From contig CAZHQC010000001.1 in assembly GCA_964534135.1 (NCBI GenBank), forward strand, positions 1-52,403: 52,403 bases of DNA. The letters run 5' to 3'. Below, piece by piece: positions 25,019-34,685 of this stretch. The notes under the pieces were generated by a model. That model had not been told where the DNA came from and did no database searches. It saw only the letters and a list, made by a program, of their open reading frames with translations. This DNA is from an uncultured Elusimicrobiaceae bacterium (GTDB lineage: Bacteria > Elusimicrobiota > Elusimicrobia > Elusimicrobiales > UBA9959). A program made the position numbers and the translations under genes. Every line of letters begins with the position of its first letter. Position 1 is the first letter of the stretch.

Positions 25019-26035
25019 TTATTCAAATACCGGCATTGGGATGCTAAAGTCTCCCATTTCGCCATCGAAAAGATTTGCAACATTCATATCCGTAGCCGTG
25101 GTTTCATTAGCTGTAGGAGTTTTTTTTGAAAGTTCGGGAATAAAGGATGAAAGAACTGAAATCCTGGTTACATCCTCACCTCTACCACCGTTGGAAAGAA
25201 CTACATTGGAAATTCTGCAACCTTCAGCTGTTGAAACAAAGTCTGTTTCTCCTCTTACTAAGATACCTTCTATAAGGTTAGTTTTAGTATTGAAAACCGC
25301 GCTTCCGGAGTTTCCGCCATAAGTGTCAAGGTTAGCTACAAAAAAACCTTTGTGTTCTTCTGATGTTCTTACACTTGCGCCTCCGGCAAGTTTAGCCGGG
25401 AGACCTACGGGATGGCCTATTACAAAAAGGTTTGTTCCCTGTGTGATAGCTTTAGTACCTCTATTAATAGAAAGGGGCGCATGTTCTTTTACAGCTCTAT
25501 CAAGTTTAACAAGAGCGTAGTCCGCGCCAAGGTTATCGTCATCTTCTTCACCAGGTTCATTACCAAGATAGCGTTTTACTATATTCTTACATGAATATAC
25601 CTCAGTTTTGTTGATGTTGTCCGGTGCGCCTTTTTCAGCGTCTTTTATTGCAAAGCCAAATACAAATTTAGTGTTCGCACAATCAAATTCGTTTTTTATG
25701 CAATGTCCCGCTGTCATTATCATGTCTTCACCAACGAGAGTGCCTGAGCAGAAAGCGCCCATTTTTTGTTCTTTGAATCTTTCTTCAGGACAAAGACCAA
25801 CAGTATCTCCAAAATTTGTAGTTGCAAGTTTATAGGAATCTCCTTCAAGTGTTATATCATATGATTTCCACAGTGAAACTACGGATTCGGATAATGTTTT
25901 CATGGAAGTTGACATTTTATTATAGTCGAGTCTGTCATCACTTCCATAAATGACTTTTTCACCGGCATTTATATTAAACGGGATAAAAGGGATTATAAGA
26001 GTTGATAAGATTAAAATTGAGATTAACTTTTTCAT
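25019..26035 (-). CDS. Secreted trypsin-like serine protease (S1, V8/glutamyl-endopeptidase-like)
   Basis: Has a signal peptide and a catalytic triad context of TAGHC (His), DYALVKL (Asp) and GGNSGSAVF (Ser). Confidence 0.85.
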   Translation of the reverse strand: MKKLISILILSTLIIPFIPFNINAGEKVIYGSDDRLDYNKMSTSMKTLSESVVSLWKSYDITLEGDSYKLATTNFGDTVGLCPEERFKEQKMGAFCSGTLVGEDMIMTAGHCIKNEFDCANTKFVFGFAIKDAEKGAPDNINKTEVYSCKNIVKRYLGNEPGEEDDDNLGADYALVKLDRAVKEHAPLSINRGTKAITQGTNLFVIGHPVGLPAKLAGGASVRTSEEHKGFFVANLDTYGGNSGSAVFNTKTNLIEGILVRGETDFVSTAEGCRISNVVLSNGGRGEDVTRISVLSSFIPELSKKTPTANETTATDMNVANLFDGEMGDFSIPMPVFE

Positions 26036-26066
26036 AACTCCTCCTGAATATCTGTTGCTACACTAT

Positions 26067-26095
26067 GTTATAGTGTATGGTTTGACATGCGTCAA
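26067..26095 (-). promoter_or_regulatory. Sigma70-like promoter TTGACG-17-TATAAC of the protease gene, overlapped by two palindromes
   Basis: On the minus strand, TTGACG lies at 26095-26090, followed by a 17-nt spacer and TATAAC at 26072-26067. GGAGGAG SD precedes ATG 26035. Confidence 0.55.
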
Positions 26096-26305
26096 TGACT
26101 ATAAGTCCTAGGTCTATATAGGCCTTAGGACCTATGTAAACAGCTTCTCATAGGAGAAAATAAAAAAAATTTTCTTTTTATGGAGAAGAGTATTTTTATT
26201 TAAGTTCTTAATTTGTAATTTTATTCAAATGAGAGTGTCAGAATCCAAACTCTTCCATATCCCTTTTAAAAGATTTCCAATATTCATATTTATAATTATT
26301 GATTA

Positions 26306-27061
26306 TTAGAGGTGCAGGATATAAAGCCATACAGTATGTTTATCTATCTCAGTGATTGCTATGATGGAAAGAGTGATAAGAAGAACATAAGCGCTCAAAG
26401 TTATGAACAGGTTATTCTGAATCTTCAAATTTTCCTGAGCTTCAAATTCATGATTTTTACCGCGCCATATATGGGATATAAAGGAATATATAACATAGCA
26501 TGATATAGCAAAGGGCGGAAAACCAAGATAGCCAAGTATGGGCATCTCAAATATTTTTAAATTTCCAACAAATGGAACAGTATATTTCCATTGCGCTCCT
26601 GAGAAAAAATTCCAAAATTCCCATAAAATTCCACAAATAAAACTGGAAGCCAAAATTGTATAAAATTTTTTGATATTTCCTTGCGCCCAATCTTTTATAA
26701 AAGAATTTAGGCCTAAGTGATAATTTATGGGTTCAAGTAAAAATATAAACCCGCCCCATATTAGTGGAAAAAAATATTTAGGCCATAACATTGGGAGTAT
26801 TATAAAGGCGGTCCCCAGAATTATTGAACCTCTAAGGATGGTTGGTGTAATTTTTATGGGAGTAATTTTTGAGTTTTTAAATAAACCCAATGTGTCAAGT
26901 AGTTCAGCTGTTTCAAAGATTCCGGGCAAAACTGTGGCATAAGCAAGAATATAGCCGCTCCAGCGCAAATAATCGGAAGTGGGAATATGTAAATAATGCC
27001 AATTTTGAAGTCTGAGATTTAGGAGTTCAAATACAAACCATATAAAAACTGACCAAGGCAA
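26306..27061 (-). CDS. Multi-pass integral membrane protein; the coding signal continues upstream to 27304 without a canonical start
   Basis: 251-aa ORF from TTG 27061. The same frame stays open for 81 more codons of TM-like sequence (FIYAGFFLFFSITGL, YYIFAWWSYIFFIDGVIY) with no ATG/GTG/TTG. Confidence 0.6.
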   Translation of the reverse strand: MPWSVFIWFVFELLNLRLQNWHYLHIPTSDYLRWSGYILAYATVLPGIFETAELLDTLGLFKNSKITPIKITPTILRGSIILGTAFIILPMLWPKYFFPLIWGGFIFLLEPINYHLGLNSFIKDWAQGNIKKFYTILASSFICGILWEFWNFFSGAQWKYTVPFVGNLKIFEMPILGYLGFPPFAISCYVIYSFISHIWRGKNHEFEAQENLKIQNNLFITLSAYVLLITLSIIAITEIDKHTVWLYILHL

Positions 27062-27349
27062 TAGGCGAAAAAACTGCGCGGTTCTGCTGATTATAAGGGA
27101 CTCCTTCCTTACAGTATATATTACGCCATCAATAAAAAAAATATATGACCACCACGCAAAAATATAATAAAACGTATGAGCCGGTTCTATTTTTAAAAAA
27201 TTTAAGCCGGTGATTGAAAAAAACAGAAAAAATCCCGCATAAATAAATGTTTTAGCTTTATCTTGATCTTCCGTAGTATTCCCCCAAAGCGCAAAGGCAC
27301 AAAATTAAATACTAATCGCAAGGCGCCCAAATTTTTCCACCTATCTTTC

Positions 27350-28513
27350 TTAGCGGTTTTTGCGTTTCTTTTTGTGCTGTACCTCTGTGGTTTTTGCGTC
27401 CTTAAATGGAAATTTATATTTTTTAAGCCCAAGTTCTTTTTGTATGATAAGAACTTCTTTTTGAGTGCCTTTATTTACGGGCACCCCTTTGTTTTTTCTT
27501 TTAAGCCAGGTTAAATATTCTTTTTCTCCCGCGGTATATATTCTCTTTTGGCCGGGCATTTTTTTTGAATTTCTGAGTTGTTTTAATATATCGCCTATGA
27601 TTTTATTGAAGAATTTTATATTGGTAAAGGCTGAAATATTAATGGCTATAAAGAAATGTCCCAAACAATAAGGAACTTTCTTTCCATTTTTTATTCCTGT
27701 CAGCATTTTAAGATAGGAGCCTTGCTGAAGCGCGGCAGATAAAATCTCAACTACGGTACAATAGCCATAACCTTTATAACCGCCCAGGTCTTCTCCCGCT
27801 CCGCCTAAAGGCAGAAAAGCTGATGTGCCGTTTACAAGGCTGTTTAATATTTTTTTGCTATCTGTTTCCTCTTTTCCTTTTGTGTCTATTATCCATCCTT
27901 TGGGACATTTTTTCCCCATCTTGGCGGCTATTTCTATCTTTCCTCTTTGAGTGATGGAGGTGGCGCAATCAAGCAGAAAAGGAAATTTTTCATTTGTAGG
28001 CATAGCGAAAGTTATGGGATTTGTGCCCAGCATATTTTCCGTGCCGAAAGTCGGGGCTACCGAAGGCCGGGCATTTGTGCCTGTTATCCCTATCATGCCG
28101 GCTTTTTCAGCCAATAAAGCATGATAACCTGCGGTTCCATAGTGAGTTGAATTTCTTACAACGGTCATGCCTATACCGCATTTTTTAGCTTTTTTTATAG
28201 CGAGTTTCATGGCTCTTTCGCCTATAACATGACCCATGCCATGATGACCATCTATAACGGCTGTGCCGGCAGTTTCTTTAATTATTTCAAATTTTGTTTT
28301 TGGAAATTGAATACCTTGTTTTATCCGGTCATAATAAATTGTTTTCATTCTTGATATGCCATGTGAATCAAAACCGGATTTATCCGCGTCAATAAGAACT
28401 TTTGCGCATATGGCGGCATCCTTTTTAGGAACGCCTATGCCTATAAAAGCATCTTTAATGAAGCTTTCCATGATATTAAACTTAATCCACACGGCGCCTT
28501 TATCAATTTCCAT
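27350..28513 (-). CDS. Ldh_2-family (malate/L-lactate/sulfolactate-type) NAD(P)H oxidoreductase
   Basis: N-terminal ...DADKSGFDSHGISRMKTIYYDRI and the overall length are typical of the Ldh_2 family as I recall it. AAGGGG SD lies 7 nt upstream of the ATG. It sits 11 nt downstream of murG. Confidence 0.75.
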   Translation of the reverse strand: MEIDKGAVWIKFNIMESFIKDAFIGIGVPKKDAAICAKVLIDADKSGFDSHGISRMKTIYYDRIKQGIQFPKTKFEIIKETAGTAVIDGHHGMGHVIGERAMKLAIKKAKKCGIGMTVVRNSTHYGTAGYHALLAEKAGMIGITGTNARPSVAPTFGTENMLGTNPITFAMPTNEKFPFLLDCATSITQRGKIEIAAKMGKKCPKGWIIDTKGKEETDSKKILNSLVNGTSAFLPLGGAGEDLGGYKGYGYCTVVEILSAALQQGSYLKMLTGIKNGKKVPYCLGHFFIAINISAFTNIKFFNKIIGDILKQLRNSKKMPGQKRIYTAGEKEYLTWLKRKNKGVPVNKGTQKEVLIIQKELGLKKYKFPFKDAKTTEVQHKKKRKNR

Positions 28514-28524
28514 TTTATTTCCCC

Positions 28525-29673
28525 TTAGTTATTGAATTTAGTATTATTCTTCTTGCCGCTATAAATACTTTCCTCTATTATATCCGCTATAAATGATGCC
28601 GAGTGTGTTATGTTCGGTATATTTAATGTTTCATAATTAGCGCGCATTTTTTTTAGTGTTGAAGAATCATCTATGATTTTTTCAAAATTTTGGTGAAGAT
28701 TTTTTTCAAAATAAGTGTTTTCTTTTATTAATATAGCACAATTATTAGCGGCTAAAATTTTAGCATTTTTATTTTGATGGTCAGCCGCTGAATTTGGCAG
28801 GGGAATTAAGAAAGCAGGTTTTTTTAAGAGCATAAGTTCAGCTATGGTGCTTGCCCCCGCTCTTGAAATAACAAGGTCAGCTGCGGCATATAAAATATCC
28901 ATATCACTGCGATAATCAAATAATTTAATGCAGGGATGTTTAATCAGATTTTTGCTTTTATAGTCTTCTTCAATGGATTTAAAATCACGTTTTCCCGTTA
29001 TATGCACAATTTGGATTTTATCCAGTTTTTTTTCAAATTTCTTTATCATCTTAATTACGGTATTATTTATCTTTCTTGCGCCTTGACTGCCACCGAATAT
29101 AAAAAGAACCGGCAGGTTCTCCTTTAGCCCCAGGTGTTTTTTTGCATTGTTGGGATCTATGGGCTTAGAGAAAAATTCCCGCACGGGTGTGCCCGACAAT
29201 ATGGACTTTTTTTTGAATGGATTTTTTTCAATTTTTAAACCCAGAAGCGCTTTTTTAGCGAAGTAAGCCGAAAGATAGTTGGCTATTCCAAACTTGGCAT
29301 TTGATTCATGGATTATAACGGGAATTTTTGAAAGCTTGGCGGCTAAGGTTGCGGGAAAAGAAACATAACTTCCCATCCCAATAGTTAGTTGCGGTCTGAA
29401 ATCTTTTATTATTTTCTTAGTTTGAATGATAGACTTAAAAAGCCTTGCGGTAAAAGAAATTTGTTTGAAAGGATTCAATGTTCTGGGCAAAGATGTCATA
29501 TCAAGCTCGCAAGAGGCATAATTATTGTCTTCAATGGTTCCCATGGCCGGATCGTTTTTTTTGACCAAAAAAACGATTTGCCAATTCCTTTTTTTAAGTT
29601 CTTGAGCTATGGCAAAACCGGGATAAAAATGTCCTCCCGTTCCGCCAGATGCTATAAGTATTCTTTTTTGCAT
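28525..29673 (-). CDS. murG: UDP-GlcNAc:lipid I GlcNAc transferase MurG
   Basis: Has ILIASGGTGGHFYPGFAIAQEL at the N-terminus, GGSQGA, and dcw context. Confidence 0.95.
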   Translation of the reverse strand: MQKRILIASGGTGGHFYPGFAIAQELKKRNWQIVFLVKKNDPAMGTIEDNNYASCELDMTSLPRTLNPFKQISFTARLFKSIIQTKKIIKDFRPQLTIGMGSYVSFPATLAAKLSKIPVIIHESNAKFGIANYLSAYFAKKALLGLKIEKNPFKKKSILSGTPVREFFSKPIDPNNAKKHLGLKENLPVLFIFGGSQGARKINNTVIKMIKKFEKKLDKIQIVHITGKRDFKSIEEDYKSKNLIKHPCIKLFDYRSDMDILYAAADLVISRAGASTIAELMLLKKPAFLIPLPNSAADHQNKNAKILAANNCAILIKENTYFEKNLHQNFEKIIDDSSTLKKMRANYETLNIPNITHSASFIADIIEESIYSGKKNNTKFNN

Positions 29674-29683
29674 ATATATAATC

Positions 29684-30817
29684 CTATCTTTTTTGAGCCG
29701 AAATATTAAGAATAATGCCTATTCCTATAAGAGTCATCACCATTGACGAACCTCCATAAGAGAAAAAAGGCAGAGGAAGTCCTTTAGTGGGCGCAATTCC
29801 TATTGTCATGGCTATATTAAAAAAAGCCTGCAGAGTTATGATGAAAATTATCCCAATTACGAGTAATGAAGAAAATAGATTATTCGCGCTTTTGGCTATT
29901 TTTATTCCTTTTAAAAGAAGAAACAAAAAGAGGCTTACTATTACCATAGCGCCCATCATTCCCAGTTCTTCAGCAATTATTGGAAATATAAAATCAGTAT
30001 GTAATTCAGGCAAATACATAAATTTTAATTCTGAGTCGCTAAGGCCCTTTCCAAACCATCCGCCCGAGCCCACGGCAAGAAGGGATTGCGATATCTGATA
30101 ACTCGTATTTCCTTGATCACCCCAAGGTGATAAAAATGCTTTCATTCTTTCAATACGATAACCTCGTGATAATATTTCATATATAAGCATAGGTATTGCT
30201 ACTACTATTGGGATGAATATATGGCGTTTTTTTAAGCCGGCGGCAAAGAAAATCAATATTGCCACAATAAATATAATCATTGGTGTCCCTAAGTCAGGTT
30301 GCAAGGCAATAAGGCCCAATATTAGGAAGAAAGCCATCATTGGCTGTATTAAAACTTTGCCATTGGAAGCGATTTTACTTATATTGCGGTCAAAATAATC
30401 GGCAAAATAGATTATTATCATTAGTTTTGCCAATTCACTTGTTTGAAAATTCATAAGCCCCAATGGAATCCAGCGCCTGACATGAGCTATGGGCGGACAA
30501 AAAAGGGTTATGACTAAGAGAACCAGGGTAATTAAGATAGCGGGTTTTATATAGGGCCGCAATTTTTTTAAATTCATTCCGCTTATAAAAGTCATACAGA
30601 CAAGACCTATGATTATCCAGATAATTTGCTTTTTAAAAAAATAGAAAGAATCCGAATATTTATTAAGGGCATAGATGGAACTTGATGAATAGAGAGAAAG
30701 TAAGCCGAAGATTAATAATATTCCGCTTGCAAAGAGAAATGAATAATCCATATGCTTAAAATTTTTATTGTTGAATAAATTTGAGAAGAATTTTTTTTGT
30801 CTGTTTCTTTTTATCAT
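29684..30817 (-). CDS. ftsW: SEDS-family peptidoglycan polymerase FtsW
   Basis: FtsW/RodA/SpoVE-type 10-TM protein (QPDLGT, LPELHTDFIF, PTKGLPLPFFSYGGSS) located between murD and murG. Confidence 0.9.
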   Translation of the reverse strand: MIKRNRQKKFFSNLFNNKNFKHMDYSFLFASGILLIFGLLSLYSSSSIYALNKYSDSFYFFKKQIIWIIIGLVCMTFISGMNLKKLRPYIKPAILITLVLLVITLFCPPIAHVRRWIPLGLMNFQTSELAKLMIIIYFADYFDRNISKIASNGKVLIQPMMAFFLILGLIALQPDLGTPMIIFIVAILIFFAAGLKKRHIFIPIVVAIPMLIYEILSRGYRIERMKAFLSPWGDQGNTSYQISQSLLAVGSGGWFGKGLSDSELKFMYLPELHTDFIFPIIAEELGMMGAMVIVSLFLFLLLKGIKIAKSANNLFSSLLVIGIIFIITLQAFFNIAMTIGIAPTKGLPLPFFSYGGSSMVMTLIGIGIILNISAQKR

Positions 30818-32181
30818 TTTAATTTTTTAACTATTTTTATAAAAGTTTCGCCTCTGGCCTCAAAGTTTTCAAATTGGTCAAAGGAAGCGCAAGCCGGTGA
30901 AAGAAGCACGATATCGTTTTTGCGAGCTTCCTTAAAAGCTGTTTTTACCGCATTTGCCATTGTTTTAGCGGAGATTATCGGAGCCAGATTTTTGAATTCA
31001 TTTTCTATTTTTTTTGCGGCCTCTCCAATTGTCAAAACGCATTTAATATGTTTTTTGATAAGCGGGGCGAGAGGTTTATAAGAAGAACCTTTGTCTTTCC
31101 CCCCAATAATGAGAAATATATTTTTATCGGAACCTGCGAGCGCTTTAAGAGCCGCGATAACGGAATTTATATTTGTGGCTTTTGAATCATTTATAAATTT
31201 TATCCCTTTTAAATTCCTCACCGTTTGAATGCGATGTTTAACACCTTTAAAATTATCAAAAGCATTTTGAATGCTTTGTTTTTTTATCCCCCCTGCGATG
31301 GCCATTAACGCGGCCGTCATGGAATTTTCAATATTATGAAGACCATGCAATTTCGGGGGTCTGAGTTTTATGGTCTTATTTTTAAAATTTAAGTGAATAG
31401 TATTGTTTTCAAGATATGCGTTAATAGCGGGGTTTTTAATTATGGAAAAAAATAATTTTTTTGATTTAATTTCGTTTTTTGAAAATTTACTTTTATCGGC
31501 ATAATTAAAAACGCAAAAGTCTTTTTTATCTTGAAATTTAAAGGCTCTTCTTTTTGCCAGGATATATTTATTTAAACTGCCGTGATGCTTTATATGGTCG
31601 GGGGTTATATTTAAGACACAGGAAACAGCAGGTTTAATATAAGAAGAGTCTTCCAGTTGATAACTGGATATTTCCATGGCAAGGAAATCTCCGGGTTTAA
31701 CTTTATTCGCGATAAGTGAAACCGGCTTGCCGAGATTTCCGCAGGCCCAAGTTTTATGTTTTGATTTTTTAAATTCTTCTTTAAAAATTTCATTTAAAAG
31801 GGTGACTGTTGTTGTCTTTCCATTCGTTCCCGTAATGGCAAATACTTTAGCTCCTTTAATAAAGGCTAAGGCGATTTCAGTTTCACTGAAAACGGGGATG
31901 TTATTCTTTTTAAGATTTTTGATTACCGCGCTTGAATTTGGAATCCCCGGGCTTTTAACGGCAAAGGCGCAAAGAAGAATCTTTATGGAATGTCCGCCGG
32001 TTTCAGTTTCAACTTTTTTATTCAGTTTTTTTAATAATCCGCTGTTTAATTTAAGTTTTTTTTGTTCAGTTAATAAAACATCAAACCCTTTTGAAACAAG
32101 TAGATTAGCGCAATATATGCCTGATTTCCCCGCTCCGATTACAAGAGCTTTTCCATTTGTAAATTTAGTCGGTTTAAACAT
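30814..32181 (-). CDS. murD: UDP-N-acetylmuramoylalanine--D-glutamate ligase
   Basis: Has the N-terminal Rossmann motif VIGAGKSG and the Mur ligase P-loop AITGTNGKTTT, in dcw context. Confidence 0.95.
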   Translation of the reverse strand: MFKPTKFTNGKALVIGAGKSGIYCANLLVSKGFDVLLTEQKKLKLNSGLLKKLNKKVETETGGHSIKILLCAFAVKSPGIPNSSAVIKNLKKNNIPVFSETEIALAFIKGAKVFAITGTNGKTTTVTLLNEIFKEEFKKSKHKTWACGNLGKPVSLIANKVKPGDFLAMEISSYQLEDSSYIKPAVSCVLNITPDHIKHHGSLNKYILAKRRAFKFQDKKDFCVFNYADKSKFSKNEIKSKKLFFSIIKNPAINAYLENNTIHLNFKNKTIKLRPPKLHGLHNIENSMTAALMAIAGGIKKQSIQNAFDNFKGVKHRIQTVRNLKGIKFINDSKATNINSVIAALKALAGSDKNIFLIIGGKDKGSSYKPLAPLIKKHIKCVLTIGEAAKKIENEFKNLAPIISAKTMANAVKTAFKEARKNDIVLLSPACASFDQFENFEARGETFIKIVKKLK

Positions 32182-32183
32182 TA

Positions 32184-33269
32184 TTATCTTATTTTTAGTG
32201 AGGATAGAGCCACAAGCATAAGCATAATGCCTATAATTAAAAATCTCATTGTAACCTTGGGTTCGGCTATTCCTTTGAGTTCAAAATGATGATGCAATGG
32301 GGCCATCAAAAATATTCTTTTCTTATTACGCAATTTATAAGATCCCATTTGAAGTATTACTGAAAGTGTTTCAACAAGAAATAGTCCTCCCGCAATTGGC
32401 AATAAGAGTTCTTGTTTTGTAGCGAGCGCCGCTACGCCTATTGTTCCGCCTAAAAACAAGGAGCTTGTATCTCCCATAAAAATTTCCGCCGGATATGAAT
32501 TAAACCAAAGAAAACCTAAACAAGAACCAATCATCGCCGCCAGAAAAACCGCCATTTCTCCCGAGCCCGGAACATAAATCAGTTTTAAATATTCCGCGAT
32601 TTTAATATTTCCGGAAGAATACGCCAGAATGGCAAAAGTTAAAGCGGCAAGAACAATGCTGCCGGCCGCAAGACCATCAAGACCGTCAGTAAGATTTACG
32701 GCATTGGATGAGCCTATAATGATAATCATCGCCAGGGCAAAGTAAATGGAATAGAGGTTTATATAAAGCCCTTTAGCATAAGGAATTAATAGCCATGTGG
32801 AAAATTCCATATTGGGAGGATAGGCGGCAAGATAGGCAACAACGACTACCGCTGTGATTATTTGCATAAAGAATTTAAATCTGGAACTTGCTCCTTTAGG
32901 GTTTCTTTTGACGAGTTTAATATAGTCGTCCATCCACCCTGTAAAAGCCAATATGACTGTGGTAAATAAAAGAAGCAATATAAAGCGATTATCCATTCTG
33001 GCCCACAAAAGAGTATTTGTTATTAGGGTTAGAAATATTAAGAGTCCTCCCATGGTGGGAGTTCCATCTTTCGATAAATGAGTTTTTGGGCCATTGGTTC
33101 TTTGTATTTGAAGTATTTTGTAGCTCTTTATTTTTTTTATGAGATATGGACCTATAAGCAGACTCATGAAAAATGAAGTTATAACCGCCCACCCCGCTCT
33201 GAATGTAATATATTGAAAAACATTCAAGGGACTGAAGTATTCACTAAAATTATGAAGATGGTACAGCAT
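32184..33269 (-). CDS. mraY: Phospho-N-acetylmuramoyl-pentapeptide transferase
   Basis: Shows MraY hallmarks (KxGTPTMGG, NAVNLTDGLDGLA, APLHHHFE). Confidence 0.95.
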   Translation of the reverse strand: MLYHLHNFSEYFSPLNVFQYITFRAGWAVITSFFMSLLIGPYLIKKIKSYKILQIQRTNGPKTHLSKDGTPTMGGLLIFLTLITNTLLWARMDNRFILLLLFTTVILAFTGWMDDYIKLVKRNPKGASSRFKFFMQIITAVVVVAYLAAYPPNMEFSTWLLIPYAKGLYINLYSIYFALAMIIIIGSSNAVNLTDGLDGLAAGSIVLAALTFAILAYSSGNIKIAEYLKLIYVPGSGEMAVFLAAMIGSCLGFLWFNSYPAEIFMGDTSSLFLGGTIGVAALATKQELLLPIAGGLFLVETLSVILQMGSYKLRNKKRIFLMAPLHHHFELKGIAEPKVTMRFLIIGIMLMLVALSSLKIR

Positions 33270-33310
33270 TATAGCTCCTTTGATCTTTAGAGTTTAGCAA
33301 TAAAGAACGC

Positions 33311-34675
33311 CTATTTAATATCCTCAATTATTTTTTCAAAATTCATTGCTCGCGACGCTTTTATCAATAGTGTTCCTTGCGCAGTCTTAAATATTTTTTG
33401 TACATCAGTAAGCCATGATAAATAGTTTTCAGCATAATTTATGCGTGCGGATGATTTATGTTTCAAGGCCGATTGATAAGTGCTTTTCATTTCCGGACCG
33501 GCAAGAAATACGAAATCAAATTTATTTTCAGCTATCAATTTCCCCAGCTGAGCATGATATTTTTCTGAATCATTTCCAAGTTCTTTCATATCCCCCAGAA
33601 CTAAATAATATGGCTTGGGATAATCGGACTTTAAACACTTAATAGCTGTTTTCATAGATTGGGGATTGGCATTATAAGCGTCAAAAATAATAGTCAATTT
33701 TCCGGATTTAAAAATTTGCATACGCATAGGTTCAGGTTTGAAAGCTTCAAGACCGAGTTTTATCGTTTCCAGTGAAAAACCATTTACTAAAGTTGCCGCC
33801 GCGGCCGCCGCGGCATTCATTTGATTGTGCAGCCCTGAGACCGGAAGTTTAATAAGGATGCTTTCATTTGTTTTTTTAATAGAAAGTTTTAGACTGTCTC
33901 CATCCGTGTTTACAATAATATCGGAATTTTCATTTGTGCCAAAACTCATTTTTCGGCCTTTATGATTTTTAAGTTTTGATAGAAAATTATTATCGGCATT
34001 ATAGATGAGCCATCCGTCTTTTGTTATATGCTCAATTATCTCGGTTTTGGTATTGTAGATAGTTTCAATATCACCGAAAAATTCAAGATGAGCGGGAGCG
34101 ATATTGGTAATAATTGCCGTTTGAGGTTTAGCTATTATACCGAGTTCCGCAATATCTCCTTTACGCGAGGCTCCCAATTCAAAAATTCCAAACTTATGAT
34201 TTGAATTAAGTTCAAGCAGGGAAAAAGGGAGACCGTATTGATTATTAAAATTGCCTTTATTGGCGCAGGTTAAACCTTTTTCTGATAAGATGGAAAATAT
34301 CATTTGCTTTACTGTGGTTTTTCCGTTTGAGCCCGTCACAGCCATAAGAGGAATATTAAATTTATTTCTATGAAAAGAAGTAAGTTGATGTAAGGCTTTT
34401 AATGTATCATCTACAATAATTACACATTCGGGTAAATTTTTAAATTTTGAAAGCTCATTTTTATTAATTATCCAGCCCTTTGCTCCTTTGGAAAGAGTCT
34501 TTTCAAGAAAATCATGAGCATTATATTGGTTGCCTTTAAGCGCTAATAAAAAATCTCCGGGCCTGATTTTTCTGGTATCCGTTTCAAATGAATTGAAAGG
34601 CATATCTCCGGAACCTTGGATAATCTTTCCGTTTATGGCATTAGCTAATGTTTTTATATCTATTCTTAAATTCAT
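33311..34675 (-). CDS. murF: UDP-MurNAc-tripeptide--D-Ala-D-Ala ligase
   Basis: Has the Mur ligase P-loop AVTGSNGKTT, lies between murE and mraY, and has a typical length. Confidence 0.9.
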   Translation of the reverse strand: MNLRIDIKTLANAINGKIIQGSGDMPFNSFETDTRKIRPGDFLLALKGNQYNAHDFLEKTLSKGAKGWIINKNELSKFKNLPECVIIVDDTLKALHQLTSFHRNKFNIPLMAVTGSNGKTTVKQMIFSILSEKGLTCANKGNFNNQYGLPFSLLELNSNHKFGIFELGASRKGDIAELGIIAKPQTAIITNIAPAHLEFFGDIETIYNTKTEIIEHITKDGWLIYNADNNFLSKLKNHKGRKMSFGTNENSDIIVNTDGDSLKLSIKKTNESILIKLPVSGLHNQMNAAAAAAATLVNGFSLETIKLGLEAFKPEPMRMQIFKSGKLTIIFDAYNANPQSMKTAIKCLKSDYPKPYYLVLGDMKELGNDSEKYHAQLGKLIAENKFDFVFLAGPEMKSTYQSALKHKSSARINYAENYLSWLTDVQKIFKTAQGTLLIKASRAMNFEKIIEDIK

Positions 34676-34685
34676 AATTTAACTT

